Of a stretch of 47,871 nt of DNA, positions 25,001-35,235 are shown in pieces. A program made the position numbers and the translations under genes. Source of the DNA: Octopus bimaculoides (taxonomy: Eukaryota). The stretch spans positions 48,277,246 to 48,325,116 of the forward strand of contig NC_068987.1 in NCBI RefSeq assembly GCF_001194135.2. Direction: 5' to 3'. The notes under the pieces were generated by a model that worked only from the letters and a program-made list of their open reading frames with translations, had not been told where the DNA came from and ran no database searches. Each line of letters opens with the position of its first letter. Within the stretch, counting starts at the first letter, position 1.

Positions 25001-25557
25001 TGGAAGAGGTAGACCCAGGAAGACCTAAGATGAGATGGTGAAGCACAACCTTTGAACGTTGGGCCTCACAGAGGCAATGACAAGTGACCGAGACCTTTGG
25101 AGAAAACCTGTTGAGTCAAGCGAAATTGTCATGGCTGATGCCAGTACCACCTGACACCCATGCTGGTGACACCTAAAAAGTACCATTCAAGCATAGTCAA
25201 TGCCAGTGGCACGTAAAAAGCACCATTTGAGCATGGTCAATGCCAGTGCTGCGCAGACTGACTCCCATGCCAGTGGAATGCAAAAAGTACCATTCGAGTG
25301 TGGTTAATACCAGTGGCATGTAAAAGGCACCATTTGAGCATGGTCTATGCCAGTGCCGCCTGACTGGCTCCTGTGCCATGTAAAAGGCACCCACTACACT
25401 CTCGGAGTGGTTGGCATTTGGAAGGGCATCCAGCTGTAGTAACCATGCCAGATCTGATTGGAGCCTGGTGCAGCCTTCTGGCTTGTCAGTCCTCAGTCAA
25501 ACCATCCAACCTATTCCAGAATGGAAAGCAGACTTAATCGATGATGATGATGATGGT
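22100..25557 (+). mobile_element. Near full-length RTE LINE (APE + RT), inactivated by stops and frameshifts
   Basis: APE motifs DLCCIQELRW, GDFNGHVG, SQIDYIL, QHRLVVSD. RT motifs YRSIKLL, QFGLVPGRNTTDAIF, FVDMEKAFDRVP, GVHQRSILSPHLF, LYADDLAL. C-terminal GRGRPRKT. The 3' UTR ends in the shared module and (GAT)n. Confidence 0.97.
25144..25394 (+). repeat. Higher-order tandem repeat (B-A-A-B-A-A-B-A') in the RTE 3' UTR
   Basis: 40-nt A units at 25166, 25206, 25273 and 25313; 26-27-nt B units at 25246 and 25353 (shorter one at 25144); 107-nt period. Confidence 0.85.
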
Positions 25558-25913
25558 GATGACATGTACCTGTGGAATTTCAGCCATTTACATGTCAATT
25601 CAGTTAATTGAACAACTGCATCCTCATAGTGAAATGATGGAGACCTACACCATCATTGTTAGTGTCCTTTACACCCTGAAATCTTTTTTTGTTTTATTTA
25701 ACAATCTTTCCTATATTATTTAACATTTTCTTTTCAGAACCCTCCCAATTGGTTTCACATTACATCCCTAATTTTCTCCATATTGCGTAATTACTTCTTC
25801 CGACCCCTCATTAATTAGTTTCACTTACCAGATTTTATTAAGTTTTCTTGTTATCCCTATACTTTACAGCTCAATGATGTTTGCTATTTACTTTCCTATT
25901 TATCTAACAACTG

Positions 25914-25957
25914 ATTAGTTAACCACCTGTTCTTTCCAGAACAGGTGGTTAACTAAT
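25914..25957. other. Perfect 20-bp inverted repeat with 4-nt loop
   Basis: ATTAGTTAACCACCTGTTCT-ttcc-AGAACAGGTGGTTAACTAAT. Confidence 0.95.
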
Positions 25958-26012
25958 TTAATTTCTATTAACTCTATTTAATTTCACTCAATTTGCTTTG
26001 TTAATCATTTAA

Positions 26013-26215
26013 CCTTTTTTGATACCAATTTGCCAGAGAAAACCCTGGGCCTATGATACAAACTCCCTATCTTATAGTGATCTAAATTAAAATCTTCCAT
26101 TAAAATTTCATGTTAATTTATGTTCCAAACACCAGCTTGATAATGACAAGTTATTTGAATAAATACTTCAGTATTTTCAAAATTAACTGAAACAAAAGCA
26201 ATACATTTTTAATAA
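26013..26215 (+). mobile_element. TTAA MITE family B, 3'-truncated
   Basis: ttaa|ccttttttgataccaat...gtgatctaaattaaaatcttccattaaaatttcatgttaattt. Confidence 0.65.
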
Positions 26216-26704
26216 CGCCTCACCTTTTCTTTTATTCCTCACTTTCATCTCAGCTATATTTAGTCTGTTTTCTCTTCCTTCCTTTTCTACATACACAATC
26301 TCCAATACTGTTAACCTATTGCATCATTAAAATATTTTCCCTCTGACCTCTTCTCTTTCAGAAAAGTAGATTCTTTTATTGTTAATTAATTATCTTGCTT
26401 ATTTATGTATAATGTACAGGCCTAATTATGGGTAATGAAAAGCCAGAAAAAGAATGGCTCTTGTGTATAACATGCAATTTTTTTCTTTAGAATTGAAATG
26501 TTAGGAAAAAAAAAAAAAAGAGTTTAAATTACATTGATTTTAACTGCTGTACTAAATACACAAAAGCAGTTCATATATTGTAAAGGGATCAGAAAATAAC
26601 ATTGAAAGTGAGCTTCGAAACTTTACTGTAAAAGTGTGCCAAGTGTAAAATCAACATTATGAAAATTATCACACAATCACTGTTACTGATGTATGAACAA
26701 GTGC

Positions 26705-26850
26705 AGACATAGTCGTGTATTAAGGAAGTTTGCTTCCAAACCACATAGTTTTGAGTTCAGACCCATTGTGTGGCATCTTGATGCAGGTGTCTTCTATTAT
26801 AGCTAACCCAGAGTTAAATAAAGCATTGAGAGTTGATTTGGTAGATAGGA
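26705..26850 (+). mobile_element. Degenerate SINE family 1 head
   Basis: gaagtttgcttccaaaccacatagttttgagttcagacccattgtgtggcatcttg...gtcttctattatagc...gatttggtagat. Confidence 0.6.
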
Positions 26851-27328
26851 GCCAGTGGTGTATGTGTACACATGCATGAATATACATATATAGGACTGTA
26901 TCCTGAGAAAGGGTACTGTACAGTACTGACTGGCACAAAATCACTCACAGATATACTCCAACCTCTGACCCACAGGTGCATTGTCTCTTCTCTCTGCTTT
27001 TTCTATCATCATTATGTCCTCTGTTCCTTTAAGCTGGCTGAACTTGAACCTCCTTCATTCCTGATCTCCTAGTCTTTTCCTTATTGTGTCAAGTCCACCA
27101 GGTCCCATATTAACCACTACACCTAGTCCTTTCTCTCCCAGAACATCATTCCTCTAACATCTCATTCCTTGTCATATCTTTCTGGCAGGTGTTAACTTGC
27201 AACTGGTGAAACAAAACATTAATGGGATCAATCTGACCAGAGTCTTAGAGTCTACAAGGGTCACTGCCTCTTCCTCAAGACCCAGCAAAATTTTTTTAAA
27301 TGTCATGCTGATAGAAATCTCCACTTAA

Positions 27329-27545
27329 ACCTTTTGCATTTAAACCAGCCATATCCTTCCCAAATATTCTATCTCATGTTCAAAGTGGCCAGTTCTGGTC
27401 TCTCACACCTACCCTATGAGGTCTTTCTAAAAATAAACAATCACTTCATTGAAATCTCAAAGCTATGAGATAATGCATAATTAATTCCAAACAATATGAA
27501 CAAACAAGTATTAGATATGACAAGAATAATATGAATGCTAAAGGG
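27329..27545 (-). mobile_element. TTAA MITE family A, reverse orientation
   Basis: TTAA at 27325-28 and 27546-49; ends accttttgcattt ... aatgctaaaggg; reverse complement of 17702-17910. Confidence 0.8.
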
Positions 27546-27935
27546 TTAATCATATAACAAAGTTACTCTTAGTGTACTCAACAATAAGTAGACAAATTTC
27601 CCTCAAACAACACCCTACTATCTAATGTTTGTATGAATCAATAGCAGCCAAATCTCCCTTAAATCATAACTTTTTTTCATGTATACACACACACACATGT
27701 ATGAACCACGAATGACACCTCTTTGTAATAGCTAGACATGTTTGAAATAGCAGGCAGTTCTCCCTTAAATCACATCCATCTGTCATATTATTTTGATAAA
27801 ATCCCTGAGCATTGCTCTGATAGCAGTATTTAAAAAGGAGACATTACTGTTTTAAATAAGAGGTTACATTTAGTAAAAAATAAATTTTAATAATTTGAAT
27901 TCATGCTAATTTTATCTCACAGTTTTTCTATAAGT

Positions 27936-28082
27936 ACATACATACATACATACATACATACAAGTGAGTGAGTGAGTGAGTGAGTGAGTGAGTGAGTGAG
28001 TGAGTGAGTGAGTGAGTGAGTGAGTGAGTGAGTGAGTGAGTGAGTGAGTGAGTGAGTGAGTGAGTGAGTGAGTGAGTGAGTG

Positions 28083-28118
<36 letters not shown>
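27936..28118. repeat. Compound microsatellite (CATA)n-(GTGA)~30-(GT)n
   Basis: Directly visible; the GTGA run spans about 27964-28084. Confidence 0.95.
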
Positions 28119-28121
<3 letters not shown>

Positions 28122-28819
28122 ATATAATTTTACTGTTAGATCTAATTACCATTTATCTAAATCTGGATGTACCTTTCTTTATATACACTTTAAAAGTTAA
28201 TCTTGTTCTATTTATGGGAAGAGCCCTTGATTTTCATTCTCCACATACATGTTTGCTTTCTCATTGGTAATGCTTTTTCCTATATATATGCACAAATATA
28301 ATTCTTTTCCCAAATAAACTGCACTTCATATTCAAGGCTCCAATGAAGCTGTAAGATGTTACTCAGGCACTAAACAATGAATTCATTGCATCTTATAGCA
28401 GAAACAACCGTAAGCTAATGAAGTTCATAAGATAATTGTTTATTCCTTTGTCATTGCATTATTTTGAAGGATTTTTTGGCATTTTGCATTAATGCAGACA
28501 TGTAAGTAATTTATTTATTATTAAATATAATAATATAAATTATTTACATGTTTTCAAGTTACAAAACAATTTCTCATATTAGAATTTTCTTATTGTTAAA
28601 TAAAATTTCATCAAACTATTTGTCATGTATGTGTGTAATTATTGTTTAACATCCACTTTTCCATAATTGTACAGATAGGACATAATTTGTTGAGGTGGAT
28701 TTCCTACAGCAGGATGCCCATCCTGTTGCCAACCCACACTTGCTTCCAGGTAAGGTAATATTTCCCATGATCAAACATTGTTTCCACAGAAGATGAATTG
28801 CAAGACAAACTAAGTATAG

Positions 28820-29055
28820 TGTGGATCAGATGTAACATGCAAGATAGGAAAGTGCGATGGTATGGACATGTGGTGTATTCATAAAGGATGATAGCTGCAC
28901 GAGCAAGTCCTGAACACTCAAAATAAATGATACCAGTTGGGAAGGGAGACTGAAAAAGACATGGGATGAGGTAATGAGAAAAATGATCACATACTGACAG
29001 AGGGTATAGAAGACAGTGTTGATAAATGATATGTAGTGCTGCAGAAGACCCAATC
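28820..29055 (+). mobile_element. Decayed RTE 3' fragment
   Basis: cgatggtatggacatgtg (RWYGHV), aaaaagacatgggatgagg (KKTWDE), gcagaagaccc. Confidence 0.6.
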
Positions 29056-29884
29056 TCTCTTGCAAGCTTGGCAAAATACTTTGTGAAATATAGAATATTG
29101 TATGCAACCTGCTTGCCTTAGTATTCTACATACATCTCCACAATCTGTCCATTGCTCCTTCTATACCCTCACACCCCCTATCATGTATTCTCCCAACCAT
29201 TTATGTAATTTTCGTAAATGAAATGAAAATGAGCTAACAGAAATAACTCAGAGTGGCCAGTGACATATATTTGAACAATGACAATTAAAAATATGTTAAA
29301 TAACATAGAAGCTATCCTTTCCTCTTGCCTCCAGATTATCAGACTGTCTTTTTCTTAATGTCATGTCAATTTTGGAGAACTTTTGACATTATCTTCATTG
29401 TCTTATTTGGAGCTGGACCCTAGTTGCCACAAAGTAATTTTTCTACCTTTTCTGGATGCAGAAATAATTTTAGTAAATCAATAATTTATCTTACAAAGTA
29501 TTCAATACTGGAGAAAATTTTCCTAAATGAATTCCATCTGACCCATACATGTATGAAAAAGTGGATGTTAAAATGATGACAATGATGATAATGATGTATG
29601 CATGGGATTTCAAGCATTTCAACCAACAACTATTTAATATTTTAGTATAATTATTTAAATGGATGTCATGTTGTGTGCTCTGAATAGGTGCAGTGTAAGA
29701 CATCCTATTTTAAAGCTTGTATTGTATACTATTGTATTGCCCAGAATTGTGTTAGTGTTGTAAATAAATTATTATCATTACAAATTATAAACTCTCCACG
29801 ACAGAAAATACCACCTGTTGTAAAATAACCATTTCACTTTAATCTTTGCAAGTATTTTATAGCTGTAAAAATATTCTTTTCTAC

Positions 29885-30055
29885 TCTAGGCACAAGGCCT
29901 GAAATTTTGGGGGAGGGGGCCAGTCACTTAGATCGACCCTAGTACACAACTGGTACTTAATTCATCAGCCCCGAAAGGATGAAAGGCAAAGTCAACCTCA
30001 ATGAAATTTGAACTCAATGTAAAGACAGACAAAATACTGCTAAGCATTTTGCAGG
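29885..30055 (-). mobile_element. SINE family 2, reverse
   Basis: ccccgaaaggatgaaaggcaaagtcaacctc...gaactca is the reverse complement of the 18437 element. Confidence 0.7.
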
Positions 30056-30434
30056 TTAGTGTATAAAGCATTTTACTTTCTCTTTTTACATGGATTCATA
30101 AAAGTAACAGAGCTCTTACTATTTAATAAAGGACATAATATCAGGGGCATAAATTAATTTCACAGGTACTTTTTTTTTAATTCTTGCCTGTCCTGCATAT
30201 CACACATGGTACACAAAAATATTTCCATGGTGTCCATGCATCATATGATACATATTCCCAGTTTTTTTCAACTACCAGAGTAACTTGGGACTTATGAAGG
30301 GAAAACAACATATTGCACAGAGCACATGAAACAAGGGCTAACTAAAAGTCAGAAAACAAACATGGACATTTTGGATAAACTCATGAAAATGCTTTGAATT
30401 AGCAAAGGGTTTAAAATGCTTCTATACTCTAAAA

Positions 30435-31143
30435 CAGTGTCTTCCAACCATTTTCCCCTATGGACCCCTTTGATTCCTATTTTACTCAGGTGAACCCTCC
30501 TAGCCATTCGATGTTTAAAAAAATCCTATTATAGGTGCAGGAGTGGCTGTGTGGTAAGTAGCTTGCTTACCACCCACATGGTTCCGGGTTCATTCCCACT
30601 ACATGGCACCTTGGGTAAGTGTCTTCTACTATAGCCTCAGGCCGACCAAAGCCTTGTGAGTGGATTTGGTAGATGGAAACTGAAAGAAGTCTGTCGTATA
30701 TATGTATATATATATATGCATGTGTGTGTGTGTGTCTGTGTTTGTCCCTCCATCATTGCTTGACAACCGATGCTGGTGTGTTTACGTCCCCATAACTTAG
30801 CGGTTCGGCAAAAAGAGACCGATAGAATAAGTACTAGGCTTCCAAAGAATAAGTCCTGGGGTCGATTTGCTCGACTAAAAGGCGGTGTTCCAGCATGGCC
30901 ACAGTCAAATGACTGAAACAAGTAAAAGAGTATATTTTTATAATTAAATATTATTAGTAATTGGTCGTCCAACCCATGCTAGCATGGAAAGCGGACGTTA
31001 AACGATGACGATGATGATATAAAGAATTGTTAAAATATTTTGCATATTCTAGAAGTATAATCAATTTATTGCACATGAATTTCACCAACAAAATCTTATA
31101 TGAACCTCACCAGGGTCATATGGACCCTGGTTGAGAACAACTG
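30435..31143. mobile_element. hAT (Charlie-like) MITE carrying nested insertions
   Basis: TIRs CAGTGTCTTCCAACC and GGTTGAGAACAACTG. Perfect 8-bp TSD CTCTAAAA at 30427-30434 and 31144-31151. Subterminal hairpin CAGGGTC-atatg-GACCCTG. Confidence 0.9.
30534..30930 (+). mobile_element. Best-preserved tRNA-derived SINE (family 1), nested in the hAT MITE
   Basis: A-box TGGCTGTGTGG (30544-54), B-box GGTTCATTCCC (30587-97), central (TA)/(GT) run; several homologues in both orientations in the window. Confidence 0.85.
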
Positions 31144-31249
31144 CTCTAAAATCTCAGAAAGCTTTAGTTTCTCTGAAAGTGAAACAAGCAAGCTTACTAA
31201 GAATTCTTTTTTAACTGGCAGTGATTTAAGATACATAATGGTTTAAAAC

Positions 31250-31680
31250 CTTTGCACAAGGCCAGCAATCTTAGGGGGAGGGGATAAGTCGATTGCATCA
31301 ACCCTTCTGCTCAACTGATACATATTTTATTGACTATGAAAGCATGAAAGGCAAAAATCAACTATGGTGGAATTTTAACTCAGAACATAGAACCAGAAGT
31401 AATGTCACAAAGTATGTTGTTCAGCACACTAACAATTCTGCCAGCACCCTGCCTTAAAATGGTTTAAAATTTTGGTACAAGGCCAGCAATTTCAGGAGGA
31501 AGGGCTGAGTCAATTACATCAACCCCAGGGCTCAAATGGTACTTATTGTATTGACCTTGAAAGGATGAAAGGCAAAGTTGACCTTGACAGAATTTGAACT
31601 CAGAACCCAAAGTGATGGAAGAAATGCCACAAAGCACATTATCTGATGCACTAATGATTCTGTCAGCTTGCTGCTTTGAT
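31250..31680 (-). mobile_element. Two tandem reverse copies of SINE family 2
   Basis: caaggccagcaat...gaaaggcaaa...gaactcagaac...aattctgccagc occurs twice (about 31250-31450 and 31460-31680). Confidence 0.7.
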
Positions 31681-32574
31681 TTACAACACATATTACTCAA
31701 CCTAGACCTAATAGCCAAGATATTAGTACTGTTCCAATTTTACAATATGGTTTAGTTGTTAACAGGAAGGTTCTGTAGTTATAGAATACATTTTCCAATA
31801 TTTCAAGGACTTGAAAAACTTTTTGTAACCAAACTGTTACATGTTAACATAGAAAACAAGGCTAGTTTGTAAGTTCAATCCTGCTGCAAGTGTTTGTGTC
31901 TCTAGAAGAGATAGTCAAATAAGATAGTTAAATCTACAGACATCAGCCTATTTGTGAGAGAATAGATAGCATGAGTACTATCCAATCAGAAGATTTCTTT
32001 CCCACCAATTTAATATTACAGCATCCAAGACTATATACTTTTGTGCTTAGTTCTATATGTTTCAAGATATTGTCTTGAAAAGAAAATTGAAATAAAATTT
32101 AAATAAAAATGAATAGTATAAGTTAATTAGTTCTAATGAAGCTATTTTCCAAGGCTCATACAATCCTGTAATTTTCTTGGTTTCAGTATGTCAGTTACTG
32201 TTTTATCTGGATAAAATGTGATTAAGTTTTTCCCTCTCTTTATAAATAAAAATGTTTTGGGTTACTTTTGCATGCAAAATAAATGTTTAGCTTGTTAGTA
32301 TGTAAATGTGATAAATCCTCCGTATTTAGGTCTATATCCTGCACTCTTGACATGTAACATTTTATAGTAGGAAAATCCTAAGTTATGCAAAAAGAAGGTT
32401 TTTCTTATACTATATCATTCTTATCTGATTATACTGATTATAGCTGAACATATACAAAAACATATTGCTATAAGGTCAATAATTCATTCACACAGACAAT
32501 TTAGCTATAATAGTAGTTTCCTTGTTCAAGCAATGGAAAATGGATCTGGCCATCCCTTAGCTGTAGTTCATTAC

Positions 32575-32637
32575 CTGGTGTGAAGTGTGATGGCACTGAT
32601 GTCAGAAGTTTGACTAGTGCAGTATGTCTATCAAATG
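32575..32637 (-). CDS. Candidate 63-nt alternative exon (a 138-nt version from 32712 has stops in all frames)
   Basis: Donor CAG|gtaatg at 32574. Weak acceptor cccctgcgttag| at 32638 gives the open phase 1-1 frame FDRHTALVKLLTSVPSHFTP. A stronger acceptor, tctttatttatattgcag| at 32713, gives 138 nt with stops. Confidence 0.3.
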
Positions 32638-33582
32638 CTAACGCAGGGGACCCAAGGTGAGTTCAGTACAGACAGAAATCACACACCGAGCAAAAGTTTG
32701 CTTTAACTCAATCTGCAATATAAATAAAGAGTGTGAAAACCTGGCCTAAATATCCCTTTTGAATAGTAAGCAAGCTATGTATGTGTTTGCTGAGAGATGT
32801 CAGAAAGGTTAACACGAGGATAACTGGCTCATAGCAATCAAACTCTCACAGTTTCGTCATTTCACAATCCTATCAGCAATACCATTTGTTATAAGGTAAA
32901 TAATTCACAGATAAGAATTCAAATGTGACAATAAATACACAAGGAACATTTATAGAACAAAGTATAGATAAATATTGAAGGTTCAATATAGAATATACCA
33001 GAATAGCTAAGGTGCAGTCTGATTCATCAAGCTGTAGTCCTTGCCTTTGTAACTGCTTTCCACCAGCTGTCCAATCACATAACTTACTCTGTGTGTGTGT
33101 GTATGTGTGTGGTGAAGCATGAAAGGGTTCATTCAAAAGTCTCACAATTCTACAATAACACTATACAACACAAGTACCTTCATATATATCTAACACTATT
33201 AATATTATCATAAATGCTAATGAACCTTTGAGTGAGAATCTATACTGTCACTGAATCTGCTACAAAATAACAGGCAAAGGGAACCCCCTAATCATACCCT
33301 AAAGAACACATTTGGATAATATAGTCCTAGATATATTCTACCTGAAAATAAGTCTGGGTGGGTACTGTTAGAATATCATTGATCATAGTTTGCCTTGATC
33401 AAGGTTTACTTTGGGTTAAATAATAATAAATGCTAAAGTCTTATAGAATTTTTTCATTCTTTCAAAACTTAGGTTGAACAAAAGAAAAAAACAGCTTCAA
33501 GAATTAAATCTATACATTAGGGGATCGAGCAATAAAAAAAAAAATTTATACTTGTAAATGTAATTATTATTACTTTACTTGC

Positions 33583-33645
33583 CTGTTGATGGAAGATGTC
33601 TATGGCCATTTTCCTGAGTGTCTGTATAAGGACTTACCCAGGAAT
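33583..33645 (-). CDS. DLG5: Candidate 63-nt DLG5 exon with GC donor
   Basis: Strong acceptor aaattttctccacag| at 33646. Open frame xAT-SWVSPYTDTQENGHRHLPST-G. Donor CAG|gcaagt at 33582. Phase 1-1 fits the acceptor at 11927. No homology evidence for the peptide itself. Confidence 0.6.
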
Positions 33646-34879
33646 CTGTGGAGAAAATTTAACAGGTATTAATAACAATAAACTATATTACAGCCCTTTG
33701 ACTAATTCATGCAAATAACCAAATTTGCAGACAAAATGAACAGATAGAGTTTATGAACCATTTACATATAAAAAAAAAACTTCGAAATTATTTCTATTTT
33801 TTAATTATTTTTAATTATTTCATTAACTGACATTAAGATATAATAGAAAGGACACTACACTAAATAATAAATAGTAACGAAAAGACGGACTGCACCAAAT
33901 GTAGTAGTCAAGCACTACTAAAGCAGATGTTAACTTGGTTACTCTCTATTGCTGTGACTAATCAACATAGATCGAAAAAAGTCATATCAAAACAGAATGT
34001 CATTTTCAGTTAAGTTAACAACAACTAACAGATAGTAGCAGGCACATATATATAAGCAGAAGAAAATAAAAGCAAGCCTAGACACAAGTCAGACAGACTA
34101 TTTAATAGCTGACCTACCTGAAGCCAATCAATGAACTAGGATATTGATAAACAACCCTAACTCTTAAACCCTCCCTAAGTTTTATCTTTCTTGTACACAC
34201 GCAATGTCTTCTCAAGCAACAGACAAATATATACCTTGATACAACACCACTGGTACCTGCTCTCTGAAGCAAGGTAAAATGGAATTGTAAATGTCCTGCA
34301 GTAGATATGATCCCCTGATTCATGAGCTAGTAGTCAAATGAGTTACCTACTGAGCTATTTTAACTGTAAATGTATGTGCTTGGATGTATATATGCTATTC
34401 TGATCTATAAAGATATATCGATCTACAAAGTGTGTTTAAAATAAACTTGTGGCAAGTTGGCAGAATTATTAGAGTGGTTTTTAGTTTAGCCCATTATTTT
34501 CCATATTCAAATTTTGATGAGATCAATTTGGTTTTCATCCTTCCATGGTTACTAAAATAAAGTCCCAGACAAGTAATGGGATCACTTTAACTGATTAGCC
34601 CCTATCACCAAATATTGGGCCTTCTACCTATGTCAGAAATTGATTTAAGCTAGTTCAATTTCAGTAAAAGTAACTGGAGACAAGTGTTTAAAATAATTAA
34701 CAATGGATTTTTTTCGTAGATTAATTACCAATTATAATTACAATATTTGGTATCCTGTACTTAAACACAAATACATATGATCTAATCAATATTTAAGCAA
34801 TCTGACATAACTAGTTCTAACCTAAGCCATTATTAGCCACTTTCCCACCTGCCCAAGTTCTATTTCATGAAATACAAAT

Positions 34880-35235
34880 TGCATGTTTAATCCTTTTATT
34901 TTAATTAATTTTTAACATAATGAAGAATTTAGTAAAATAATTTTATTGTTATTGATGTGGTGTTTGAAACATAAATTAACATGCAATTTTGATGGAAAGT
35001 TTTTAGATCACTTTAGTTACCATATTTCTGTTGAAATATACTGCTTTTGTTTGAATTAATTTTAAAAATAATGAAAATAATAAATAATTTAGTAAAATAA
35101 TTTTGTCATTATTAAGATACAGTTTAGAACAGATTACCATGGAATTTTGAGGGAAGATTTTAATTTAGATGACTTTAAAACAGTAAGTTACATCAAAGAA
35201 CCAAGGGTGGTCTCAGGCTGTTGGTATCAAAAGGG
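34880..35235 (-). mobile_element. TTAA MITE family B, reverse (one full copy and one partial)
   Basis: Ends ttggtatcaaaaggg|ttaa (35236-39); the internal segment attttga(t/g)ggaa...tagat occurs twice. Confidence 0.65.

Noticed and set aside
25144-25394. CRISPR-like repeat/spacer appearance
   Set aside because: The units are degenerate, the 'spacers' are themselves repeats, it sits in a eukaryotic LINE 3' UTR, and there are no cas genes.
25822-25900. Minus-strand donor CTG|gtaagt near the hairpin
   Set aside because: No adequate acceptor and an in-frame stop shortly upstream.
30534-30610. tRNA gene
   Set aside because: A and B boxes are present, but there is no cloverleaf end, and it continues into a multi-copy SINE body.
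34114-34323. 69-aa minus ORF ending at a CAG|gtaggt donor, as an alternative first coding exon
   Set aside because: That donor is phase 2 in this frame and does not fit the phase-1 acceptor at 33646. An internal GCAG|gtacca phase-1 donor exists but is weak, and there is no homology.
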